A stretch of DNA of 64,000 nucleotides from Hyaloraphidium curvatum SAG 235-1 (taxonomy: Eukaryota > Fungi > Monoblepharomycota): contig JAIVFI010000045.1 in the NCBI GenBank assembly GCA_025558095.1, forward strand, positions 142,728-206,727. Direction: 5' to 3'. The position numbers and the translations under genes are program-made. Below are positions 46,748 through 58,100 of the stretch, piece after piece (the stretch's first letter is position 1; each line of letters opens with the position of its first letter). The notes beneath the pieces were generated by a model. The model searched no databases, was not told the DNA's origin, and was given only the letters and a program-made list of their open reading frames with translations.

Positions 46748-48717
46748 ATGGATAACCTCCGCCTGAACGGCACCACCGACCCCGTGGACTCGGGCTACCC
46801 CTCCCTCACGCGGACGGGCTCCGCCAACAACATCGCCGAGTTCTCCCTCAAGGGCACGCAGGTCCCCATGCCGACGCAGCCCGAGCTCGTCGTCACCTCC
46901 GAGCCCGGCGTGTTCCCCGTCACCATCGACATCGAGGCCCTGCACCAGCAGTGCGTCCGCGACGGGATCAAGGTGGGCGCCGCCACGCCCCGCGGCGCGC
47001 CGTTTGGGCGCCGGCTGACCGGTCGTGTCGCGGCAGCTCGTCAGGCAGTGCTTCCTCAACAACTCGGGAACGCTCGCGACGTACATGGTCCCCACCGCGG
47101 TCTTCTTCCGGCGGCACGCGGTCAAGGGCCGCGGCATGGTCCCCGGCCTGCAGACGCTGCCCATCGGGGAGGACGAGCCCGTGTGGGACCTGGTCCGGCT
47201 GGGGCTCGTGGACCTGGCCAAGGAGGTGGATTTCAAGCCGGATTGGACGACGTTCAAGTACCTCCCGCAGGCGCCGGGGCACGCTTTCTGCCTCGGGCTG
47301 ACCTACACCCGCGGTGGGCATTTGGTTCGGTCCTGCGCGACGCCGAGGCGCCAACTGACTTTCCGATGTCTTTTCTGTCGGTTGCATTGACGATTCGCGC
47401 GGAATCTTGCCTCTCCCGTTCAATGATCCCCCATCGGATCCACCAACTCGATCAGACCCCGCCGACACCCCCTGGGAGCACGACCCTCGCTGGCTCCTCC
47501 GCAAGCTGAGCGACAAGCTCAAGGAAAAGTACAACCTCAAGATGGTCTGCGGCACGGAATCCGAGTTTGTAGGTTTTCCCGCGCCGTGTCCCCCGTGGCG
47601 CTCCCTGATCAAAGGACAACTGCGATCTTTCCCGCCCCCGACACCTCCTTTCAACCCTCCAGTACATCTACGCCAAGACCGACCCCCAGACCGGCCGGCC
47701 CCTCCGCCTCGACGAGACCCTCTACGCCTCGTCGCACTCGCTGCACGGCCCCGTGGGGCACATGTTCGACGAGATGATCCTGGCCAACGAGGCCGCCGGG
47801 ATCGGCATCTACGATACGCACTCGGAGATCGGGCCGGGGCAGTTCGAGATCGCGACGGACCCCAGCGAGGTCAACCAGTGCGCGTTCGAGCTGATGCTGA
47901 CCAGGGAGATCATCCACGGAGGTTGGTGGCGGGCCGGGTCGGCGTCCGAGGGTGCCCTGTTGATTGCCGGACGTGCAGTTGCCCGCAAGAACGGCGCCTA
48001 CGCCACCTTTGCCCCCAAGCCGTTCCCCAACGAGGTCGGCACGGGCTGCCACATCCACATCTCCCTCGCCGACGCCACGACGGGCCGCAACATCTTCCCC
48101 TCCCCCTCGGACCCGCACGGGATCCACCCCCTCTGCGCCTCCTTCATGGCCGGCATCCTCGAGCACGCCCGCGCCATGTGCGCCATCACCATGCCGACCG
48201 TGGGCAGCTACATGCGCGCGCAGCCGGGCATGTTCGCGTCGGCGTACACGGCGTGGGGCAACGAGAACCGCGAGGTGTGCCTCCGCGTGGCCACGGCGCC
48301 GCCGGGGCCGCCGAACAACGTCGAGTTCCGGTTCTGCGACGCCACGGCGAACCCGTTCACGGTCATGGCCGCGCTGCTGATCGCCGGGATGGACGGGATG
48401 GACCGCAAGCTGGCGCTGGGGGAGCCGTGCCAGGACATGAACATGAACGACGTGACGCAGGAGCAGCTCGAGGCCCGGGGCATCTACAGAGCGCCGACGT
48501 CGCTGATCGAGGCCGTGGACCACCTGTCCAAGGACAGGGTGCTGCTGGAGGGGATGGGCAAGCTGGGGCCGGCGACGGTGCACATGCGGAGGTACGAGGC
48601 GGGGTGGTGGGGGAAGAAGAGCTACGACGACCAGTGCCTCGAGATGATCAAGAGGTGGGTTGGCCGCCGGGTGCGTGCCCGAGCGGACTCTGACGGGGCG
48701 CCGCGTGCAGGTTCTGA
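46748..48717 (+). CDS. Glutamine-synthetase-family ligase (FluG/PuuA-like), multi-exon
   Basis: DPRW.L, GTESEF, HSEIGPGQFE, ATFAPKP..GTGCHIHISL, SY.R, WGNENRE..LR, EFR..DATANP. Confidence 0.88.
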
Positions 48718-49218
48718 AAGTGCGGAGATGCGCGTGCGGGCGGGGTGCGGGGCGGGAGGAGTGCCGCCGATCTCGTATGTATTGAGTGAGGCGGGCGATA
48801 GAAGTAGTACTAGTTGGCATTGCGGCTTTCTGTTCCGCAATCATCCGTCCCATTCGCTTGCTTTGCTGCAGCACATCAGCACCGAAGGGTCCCGGTCCCA
48901 GCATTCGGGATTCTGGGGTCTTCGAGTCGGCGGTGGTTTGAGGACGGCGGGGATCGGCCGCCCGGGAACCGCCGACTGCACCTCGACGGTCCTGGCGGGC
49001 GTGCAATCGGCACCAAGGGCGGGGTACGGAACGGCCAGAGGGGATCGCAGGGAGTCCGCGTCCCCGATCCGGGGCTCGCGGCATGCGGGGGGCCGGGAAG
49101 GATTCGCCCCTAGGTGATCGGTGCGTCTCGGCCTCGATCGCATCGGCGGCCGCCGGCGGGTCGCGGCGGGAACCTCCCCACTGCCCCCGAGAAGGCGACC
49201 GCCGCCGCCGCTGCCGCG

Positions 49219-51867
49219 ATGGAGACCTCCGGGTCGGACGCCGAGGACGCGCCGCGCAAGGAGTTCCCGTGCGCCGAGTGCCCGCGGGTGGGCGGCTCCG
49301 TGCCCGCTGACTCGTCCAACTATAACCGCCCCTTAACCCCTCCCTATGCCTCCCTATGCCTCCCTTTAGTCCTTCGGCCGCGTGTACGAGCTGCGGCGGC
49401 ACGTGCGGTCGGCGCACGGCTCGGCGGTGTTCGAGTGCGGCGAGTGCGGCACGCGCTTCTCGCGGCAGGACGCGCTCCACCGCCACAGAAAGCGCGCCGC
49501 GACGAAGCCGTGCGGTGGGCCGAGGCGGCGCGTCGGCGAGGAGGACGACGACGACGACGAGCCGCGCGGGTCGCCCGCCCGCGCCTCGCCCGCCCCGCGC
49601 AGGCCCCGCCCACGCCGCCCGCCGTCGCCCGACGAGCCGTCGCCGGCGAGCACCGCCTCCTCCAACCACGTTGCACACGGGACTCATGTCGCCCCCCACG
49701 CCCCCGCCCTCGCCGGGCTCCCGCACCCCGCGCTGGCGCACCCGTACGCGCCGCCCATCCCACAACTCCAGCCCTCGCTGGCGGACCCCGACCCGCTGCT
49801 GCGGCCGTACCCCGTCGTGCCGTCGGCCGGCGCCACCCCGCAGTCGCTGATGCTGCCCGTCGACGTCGTGCTGTGCCTCATCGACCAGCACGCAGAGTTC
49901 AACGGCCCGTACCTCAATTTCCACCACATCCCCACGCTCAAGAAGCGCGTGCTCGACGGCGCTGCCAACCCCACCGAGCTGCTCGCCGTGCTTTGGAGCG
50001 CGCTGGCCGTGTCGGACCGCCCCGCGGACCCGTCTGCTCTTAAAGGCCCGTGGCCGCGCGTGCTGGGCGACGACTTCCGCCGCACCGTCGTGCGCGACTG
50101 CCTCGAGGGCATCCGGACCGACTACGACGCGCTGGTCGGCGACGCCCGCGCCGCGGACTCCGCCGACATGCGCGCCGCCGTGCGCCTGGCCGCCCGCGCC
50201 ACCGTGCTCCTCAAGGCCGCCGTAACGGCCCGCATGCTCGTCTTCGCCGAGCTCTCCACGCTCCCCCCCGACACCATGCACCGCATGGACCGCCTCGTCG
50301 AGGACCTCTTCCCCCTCGCCCGCTTCGCCGAGCTCCCCTACGACGCCGACGACTCCCACCGCGGCATGCGCGACCTCGCCGCCTGGATCTGGTCCGAGGA
50401 GCGCTCCCGCCTCCTCGGCACCATCCTCCTCGTCGACGCCTCGGCCTCGGACACGTGGCGCCCCTCGCGCCCGCAGTTCCCCCCCGGCACCGTGCGGTTC
50501 GACGAGGCGACGGGGCGGTACCGCCCCGCGTGGGCCAACCTCTCCCTCCCCTGCTCGGACCCCCTCGTGGACTCGCTCCCCGCGGCCCCCTCCACCGCGC
50601 GCGAGGTGGAGGAATGGCTGCGGCGCGACGCGGCGCAGGGGGGCATCCTCGCGGCGGCGGAGCTCCGCCCGCACGGCGAGGCCCACACGTGGATGGACCA
50701 CCCGCGCGGGAGCAGGCGCCGCGCGGAGCTGCTCCGCGCGCACGGCGGGGGCCTGCTGCGGAGGGGGTACGCGTCCCACCTGGCGATGCAGGCCGACGCG
50801 TACGCGCGGTTCGTGGCGGTCAAGGGGGCGTTTGCGGTGCGGGGGTGGAAGCTCTCGGACCCGCCGCGCGGTTCCTCGCCCGACGAAGCGGGGGCGAGGG
50901 AGGCGAGGCAGAGGATCGTGGAGGGGCTGGAGGACTACCTTGGGTCGTTCCCCGAGGACGTGAGGGCGGCGGTGGAGGCGTCGGACGGGCAGGTGCTCAA
51001 GACCGAGGCGGCGAGGTGGTGGGGAAAGTCGAGGCGGAGGCTTCTGTGGGTCCCATGCCGCATGCGTCGACCGCTTTGCCCGTTTCTTATACCCGCCGCG
51101 TGCCGCAGAGCCCACGGCATCGCCTACGTGCAGACCTTCCGCCTCGTGCTCCACTCGCCCTACGACATCCTCGAACCCCGCGGGCACCCCATCCCCGACG
51201 ACGACTGGCCCTTCAGCCAGTCCTTCATCGTCGCGGAAAGTGCCGCCATCTCGGTCTCGCGGCTCATCCGGACCTACCTGGACCCGCAGTTCACCCCGTT
51301 CGTGGACACCCCCGCGCAGAGCCCGCCGTGGGCGAGGTGGTCGGGGAGCGATTCGGGGTCCGGGACGATCGAGCGGCCGGCGACGCCGGCGAGGAGCCCG
51401 CCGCAGCGGGGAACGCTGACCGAGGAGGACTGGGCCAAGGCATGCCACGTTGCGCGCTCCCCGCCGCGCATCCGCGCTGACCCCCGTCCCCGCACCAGTA
51501 CAAGCGCGACGAATTCCGGCGCATCCCCCCCCTCTGGTCCATCGTCGTCCTGCGCGCATGCTGGGTCCACGTGATCGGCATGCGCAAGCTGCGCGCGTGC
51601 CTGCTCTCGGAGCGGGTGGCGGCCGACGCCGAGATGCTCCGCTCGACGCTCGAGACGATCCGCAGCCTGGTCAACGACGTCGAGGCCGCGCTCGAGGGGA
51701 TGGAGGACACGGTGTGGGCCAACACGGCGCAGGGGTACAGGATCATCAGGGGGTGGGCAGAGAGGGACGTGCTGGCGCCGGGGGCCGGGGGGGACATGGG
51801 GATCTGGGTGGGGCCGAGCAGGGAGGAGCTGGAGCTGATCAGTGGGAGGGTCGGGGGGGCTGCGTGA
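49219..51867 (+). CDS. C2H2 zinc-finger transcription factor with fungal-type regulatory domain (paralogous style to 13928-16487)
   Basis: CAECP..F.R.YELRRH..H, CGEC..F.RQDAL.RH; FHHIPT, WIWSEERSR. Confidence 0.8.
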
Positions 51868-52141
51868 TAAGGCGGATGGGTGGATGGTAGGGGTGTAGGG
51901 GGGAGGCTGTCTCGGTAATCGTAAGCCCGCATTGGGCCGTCTGCTTGTATGAGCTCCATCCGTGCCCCCCGAACGATCTACAGCTAGTACAGAACAAGCC
52001 TTTGCCGTTGATACTGTTGGATTGCCCGCGTGCTGCGCATTTTTGGCGTCCGACGCCGCATCACATGCGAGCAAGCTCGCTTCATTTGTCGGGCCGCAGC
52101 GCCGATCCGCTGATACGCTTCCCCTCGCACACACCCGCGAA

Positions 52142-53531
52142 ATGGCCACTTCCGCCGCCGCGCCCGCCAAGGCGGCGGCCGCCAAGTCGTCGACCTTCGA
52201 GACGCGTGGGTTTTGCGGCCCGCCGCGGCCCGCCCGCGTCCCCACGTTGCTGATGCCGACTTCCGCTCCGCCCCGCTTCTCCGCGGCTCGTCGGTCGTTC
52301 CGGCGCCGCAGTCGCGCCCATCAGCGCAGCATGTGCCGTTACTGCCATCGGTCGGTCCTCTTCGGCCCGTCCCGGGCCCCGCGGAGCCTTTTGTCTAACT
52401 TGAGCCCGCTCCTCCCGCTTCCGACCGAACTTCTTATCTCTTCTGGACATTCTGCACCCTTCTCCGACTTGGTTCCCGCCTTTGCCCGAACCTCTTTTGC
52501 TTTTGGACCTGTTTGGCTCCTCTCTGCGTTGGTTCTGGCCTCTCTCGCCCATCCCGCTGGCCCCGGACAGCCATGTACCCCGTGGACGTCGTCCGCGCGC
52601 TCAAGATGGCGTCTGCGACGGGCGGCGGCTACACGATCAAGCAGTTCATCGCCGTACACGGCGTCAAGGGCCTGATGAGCCAGGGCGTGGTGCCCGAGGT
52701 CATCCGGGCGACATGGATGCGGATCCTCAAGTTCTTCTTCTTCCCCATCACCCACGAGAAGATGTGGGGCAAGCCCACGTCCAAGGGCACGCCGTATGAA
52801 AAGGGGCTGGCGGGGACGGTGGCCGTGATCCCCGAGGTCATGACCATCACGACCTTGGAGCTGGCGAAGATCGGCCTGCAGCTCGACAAGGACAAGAAGT
52901 ACGGCAACAGCATCGGGAAGCTCGTCGGGGACGTGTACCGGCGACAGGGCGTGGCGGGCTGCATGATGGGGTGGCAGGGGGTCCAGTTGAGGCAGAGCTT
53001 GTGGACGGGGACCTACTTCGCGACGCTGGACTACTTCAAAAAGGTGTCGGACGGCCTTGTCGCGGGCGCGATGCCGGAAAAGACTCCGACGCGGGCCGCT
53101 GTCGTTGATTTTTCGGCCGGGTTCTTTGCGGGCGTCGCTGGCGCGTGGGTGATCTTCCGCGCTGTGCTATGGCTTTGTGTTGACGGTTCCTCTCGGACTC
53201 AGGATGGCAAACACCCCCGTTGACGTCGTGCGGACCAACATCCAGAAGCTGGGCCTTTCGGCGAACCCCGGATACTCGCCCGCGTCGCTGGCGGTCAGCC
53301 TTACCCCGATGATGAAGATCGGATCGGAGATCGTCGCGGCCAAGGGAGTCGGGGGCTTGTACTCGGGATTCCTCTTTAAAGCACTCCATATGGGAGGGTC
53401 GTGAGTCTCCGTCAACGCAGCGGATCAATTCGTCGTCTAATCGTGAATATCTGTGATACAGCGGCGCCTTTGTCGCCATGCTCATCCCCGTCTTCTCGCG
53501 GCTCATGGGCGTGCAAAAGTCGATCATGTAG
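52142..53531 (+). CDS. Mitochondrial carrier family protein, multi-exon
   Basis: YPVDVVRA, TLELAKIGLQ and TPVDVVRT carrier signature repeats. Confidence 0.85.
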
Positions 53532-53640
53532 GACACTTTGTCACAAGCGTTGCCCTGGTCGGATGTAGGCTGCATTGTCGTTATAGATCGATGGTACTGA
53601 CTTCTCGTGTTGTGGTCGCTGTGGATCTATCTAGCTAGGA

Positions 53641-53735
53641 TAGTGCTGGTATCAAAAAGATCAGGACTCTCTAAGTGTGAGAGCGCAATCAAGCCAGAAA
53701 CCCACCTTTACACTATTGTTTTGCTCACTGGAAGT
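53641..53735 (-). ncRNA. Candidate Fanzor omegaRNA scaffold ending at the element right end (..CCAGCACTA)
   Basis: Lies immediately 3' of the Fanzor stop. Nested stems CTGG/CCAG, GATTG/TGATC and CTCTC/GAGAG; TAGTGT (53710-53715) can pair with the terminal GCACTA (53641-53646). Confidence 0.55.
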
Positions 53736-54699
53736 CTATGAGCTCTCCTGCGCTTCCCAGTGCTCACGCGTGTACGTCTTGGGCCTCTTCTTGTAGACGA
53801 GAAGCCAGAGAGCAATGACGAGCAAGTTGCGCGCAGAGTTGACGTCCCGAGCCCAAAACCGTCCACAACACCAGTCTGTTTCGCTTTGGCAGACTTGGAG
53901 GCCGTGAGCTTTCTTCGGGGTATCGTCGTGCTGGTGCTTCACTGCCACCAGCGTCCGTGTCACGTGTCTGAAAGATTTCGAGCAATACTGGCTCGAATAA
54001 TCCTCTCCCACGTCGACGAAGAACTGATTGTTGTCCGGTTGGAGGAACCGAACCAGGGAACGGCGCCCTTTGCGCACAGATACCGGAAGGCAGCCACGCA
54101 TCGTAGGTCGGAAGGTTGCGGCACCAAACGCCACGATTGCCGGCTTGTCTGTTCCCTCGGCCAAGCACTAGCGCCGGAACCTTCTTGGCGTAGTAGACCT
54201 GCTGAGCAATGTACGCCTGCCAGCGCCGGTGTGCCACAGCGTCGGAGAGCGTCACTTCCCACACACGGTCCAGGATGGCAAACACCCGGCCTAAGTGGTT
54301 CGCAAGTGCCTCCTGGTTGAGCGTCTTAGGCGTTCCAATGTCCGTGAACGCCGCGCGGCTGCCGAGTGCCTCCTCCAGCCTAGCCGTTGTCTCCTCAGCC
54401 TGTCGACGTGCCTTGGTGTGTTTGCGCACGTTGTTGGCCGAGATGCTGAACGAGTCCAACTTGCCCATCCCTTCCAGCGGATGGTTGCCGTTTGCAAGCC
54501 GGTCCTCCTTCCGTAGCTCGCCAAGGGTAGCTCGCACCCCGGTCATCGGGCGCTTGACACCCGGATCGATGGAGACCACGATCGTTTCGTCCGGCATGTG
54601 TTCAAAGGCATTCCGAAGTGCCTCCGAGATCTTGTCCACGTCTCCCACCCACGCACCCGTGCCGGTGCGTTTGGCCTTGCGGTTGGGATCGGCAGCCTC
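53736..54699 (-). pseudogene. Fanzor1 (eukaryotic TnpB-like) RuvC region; frameshift near 54165-54180; 5' part cut off by LTR insertion
   Basis: RuvC-I VVSIDPG (D at 54565-54567), IVAFGAATF, RuvC-II VGEDYSSQYC (E at 54003-54005), Zn-finger Cys, RuvC-III WARDVNSARN (D at 53844-53846), terminal RP..Y.R. Confidence 0.88.
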
Positions 54700-54775
54700 T
54701 GCGAAGGTACAGGACGTCTGACATTCGGACAAGGGTATTTTCATTTTCGGTTCGGAGGCGTGGAGGCGTCGGTCC

Positions 54776-54866
54776 TCGCGATCGACTCGTGATCGACTCG
54801 CGATCGACTCGCGAGTGACTCGCGAGTCACTCGCGAGCGACTCGCGAGCGACTCGCAAGTGACTCG
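54776..54866. repeat. 11-bp tandem repeats with palindromic TCGCGA cores in the LTR U3 region (mirrored at ~60720-60810)
   Basis: About 8 copies of TCGCGA(T/G)(C/T)GAC. Confidence 0.85.
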
Positions 54867-54886
54867 GCACAGCCACCCTCCTGGGA

Positions 54887-54894
54887 TATATAAA
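54887..54894 (+). promoter_or_regulatory. LTR TATA box (TATATAAA); mirrored at 60691-60698 on the minus strand
   Basis: AT-rich box in a GC-rich LTR, just after the U3 repeats. Confidence 0.7.
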
Positions 54895-55181
54895 GAGCGG
54901 GACATGTAACAGTACAATCTTGATCGCCAGTTGACTCTACGTGCTCTCCGTGTCGTTCGACCACCGTGCGGAACCCCGCCCGGCCGGATCCTCGTTCTGA
55001 GAGCCCTTGGGACGCACCCCGGGAGACATCCCGTAACCTCTTTCCCCCGGCTACAGTCAAGTATCTTCAGCGCTGTTCGCTTATTCATATTCAGGGCCTA
55101 TCCGACCCGAAGAGCCGAGCGGGATTCGCGCGCCGGGTTAGAGCTTCAGGCCCGGTTCCGACCCGGACCGTCGCACTGGTC

Positions 55182-58100
55182 CGACGTCGGCTTCTTGCAC
55201 TTTGCGCAGGGCATCCCGGGATCTGACGTCGGCAAGGTCAATAGCACTGATGCCCCCGACATCGGGTAGCACCTCAAGCAGTGCCGGATGAAGGAACGCC
55301 AGGTCTCGCTCAGGCACGTCTGCCGGGTCGACCTGTGCGTTCGTCGTTGGGATCGGCAGGAGGATCTGCGTCTCCGGTGCCGCAGCCTCGGGCAGGGTCC
55401 CCGGATCGCTCCACAGGGTTCCCTCCACTGCGGCAACCGTGGCCGGGAACTCCGTGCCAGACAGCACTCGCTCCATTGATTCACAATTGACTGAGGAACC
55501 CGCAGTAGCTCGTCCCGAGTCTGACTCGGTGACTGGGGTTGACGAAGAACGGGAAGTCTGACCGAGATCACTCCCGGAGAGGAATCCGGGCGCCCGTCCC
55601 CCCCCAGAAAAAGAAGAAAAAGGCAAGGGGTCGGGAGGGTTTGGGGGCCAAAAGGCAGGGATGTCCAAGATTTCCTCGGGGTCGCCCATAGGCACGTCCT
55701 CGTCGGGCGACGGCGCCACGAGCTGACGAGACAGGAAGTCGGCGTTGGAGTTCGCTTTGCCCGAGCGATGGATGATCTGGAACCTGAAGTCCGAGAGCCG
55801 GAGGATCCAGCGCTGTAGGCGGCCCGGCTTGGAGGTCTCCAAGAGCCATTTGAGGGCGCTATGGTCGGTGACCACCTCAAACTCGTCCCCGATCAAATAC
55901 GCCCGGAAATGCTCGCATGCCCAAACAACGGCCAGGGCTTCGCGCTCCCGAGTGTCCCACTTGCGCTCGTTCGGCTGCAGAGCGCGGCTGGCGTAGGCGA
56001 TGACGTACTCCTTGCCATCGGAGTCCCGCTGGCTGAGCACCGCGCCGAGGCCGATATCGCTGGCATCCGTGAACAAGACGAAGCGCTTGGAAAAGTCGGG
56101 GCGACGGAGCACGGGCGCCGACGTAAGCCGTTCCTTTAGCATACGGAAGGCGGCCTCGCATGCGTCGTCCCAGGCCCGAGAGACCGAGACGCCGTCCTGC
56201 GTCAGGCGGGTGAGCGGGCTGGCAATGTTGGCGTAGCCGGCAATGAAGGGGCGATAGTAGTTGGAGAGGCCGAGAAACGATTGGAGCTCCTTCTTGGTCG
56301 TTGGGCGGGGGAACTGGTCCACCGCGCGGGTCTTCTCGGGGTCGACCTTGAGGCCGTCGGCGGTGACGTAATGCCCGAGGTATTTGACCTCGCGGCGGAA
56401 GAACTTGCATTTGGCCAGCTTCAGAGTCATCCCGGCCTCGCGCAGTCGGTCAAAGAGGAGCTCCAGGTGCACGAGGTGCTCGTCGACCGTCTGCGAGAAG
56501 ATAATGATGTCGTCGATGAAGACCACCAAGCAGTACCACTGGAGGCCGGCGAGGAGCTCGTCCATGATCCGAGCAAAGGTTGCAGGAGCGTTGGTAAAGC
56601 CCATGGCCATCCGCTCCCACTGGTAGAGACCGCGGTGCGTCGTGAAGGCCGTCTTTTCCTTGTCCTCGTCGGCCACCTCCACGTGCCAAAAGCCGGAGCG
56701 GATGTCGCAAACGCTCCACACCTTGGCCGCGCTGAGGAGAGCGAGAGTGTCGCTTGGGTTCTTCATCGGGTAGACGTCGCGCTTGGTGGCGGCGTTGAGC
56801 TTCCGGTAATCGATCACCAGGCGCCATTCGCCCGAGCCGTGCCCTTTTGGCACCATGATGCAGGGCGTGGCCCAGGGGCTTCGCGAGGGGACGACTACGC
56901 CCTGCACGAGCAGGTCGTCGATGATCTTGTCCATTTCCCCGCGAAGCCGGAACGGGGTCCGGTACGGCATCTGGTGGATCGGCTTGAGGTCGCCCGTGTC
57001 GATCCGGAAGCGATGGTTGCGCAGCTTGCCGATCCAAGGACCAAACACGTCCCGGTAGCGGTCGCAGAGCTTATGGAAACGAGGTTTGTCCCCCTCGCTC
57101 AGGATCGTTTGGTCCATCTTGAGCTCGATAGCCTCGACCGGAGGAGGCTCCACGCCGGGAGGCTGAGGTGGTCCAATCGATCCCGGCGAGGGCACCGCGA
57201 ACAGATCGATGGTCTCCTCGACCGTGAGCGTGGATTCGGCCGGTTCGGTGTGGGGCAGCTCGGGCTCCAGCATCGAGATCTGCGCGGGAGCCAGATACGT
57301 GGGCGGTTCCGGAGCGAGAAATCCAGGAATCCGCACGCGGAAGCGGCCGAGGTGGGTGCCCGGGCCGATCGTGACCGGTGTCGTCCCGTAGTTGCGGATG
57401 AGAATCGGCAGCCGACCGTCTCTGTCGGGCGTCGCCGACGGGATGATGAAGAGGCGATCGAACGGCGAAGTGTTCGGCGTCTCGATGACCCCTGTCAAGT
57501 CCATCTCCACGACGGTCGCCAAGGGAGTCGTCGGGGCCAGCTCAGCGGTGATCGAGACGTCCTCGTTGGGGTAGACCGTGATGGAGGTGGTTGAATGGAG
57601 CGGGGCGACCAGGTGTGATCCGAAGAGCGGTCGCGCAACAATGTGCATTGGCACGACGACCCCCTCCGGATCGTCCTTGAAATAGAGGACCGGCGTCTCC
57701 CAGTCCATCTGAACGCGTAGGGCGGAGAGCCAAGGGGTGCCGAGGATCACGTCGTCCATGAGACCGTCCATGATGGCGACGTCCATGACGCAGTGTTGAT
57801 TCCCGACCAGGATGTCCATCTTAGCAACTCCGCGGACCCACATGGTTCCGCCGGCCGCGGCCGTGCTGAGGGTGCCGAGTGTCCATGGTTTGATCGGTGG
57901 CGACGGGTGGATCCGGCAGAAGAAGGACGACCGAACCGCCACCACTGAGGCACCGGAGTCGACGAGGGCCGCGGGGGTATTCACGCCGTTGACCCATGCC
58001 GAAACGCGTGCCGCCTGATAGTGGAACTGCACTTGCGAAGTCCACGTCCAGCGATCCGGCGGAGGGGCGACCGGAGCAGGTGGCCGCGGGCGAGGCCGAG

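Larger units (their letters stand above)
54700..55175 (+). repeat. LTR copy 1 (476 bp, TGCGA...TCGCA), followed by a truncated PBS (TGGTCCGAC)
   Basis: Reverse complement of 60410-60885; TG..CA termini with a 5-bp terminal inverted repeat. Confidence 0.95.

Noticed and set aside
47651-51559. 1302-aa minus-strand ORF (also 33388-36009, 34718-37255, 14245-16731)
   Set aside because: R/G/A/P-rich shadow frames of GC3-rich genes, with no domain motifs.
53625-53685. Helitron 3' end (hairpin plus CTAG)
   Set aside because: The hairpin is short and ~30 nt from CTAG, the next base is not T, and no RepHel is visible. An omegaRNA end fits better, though a Helitron is not fully excluded.
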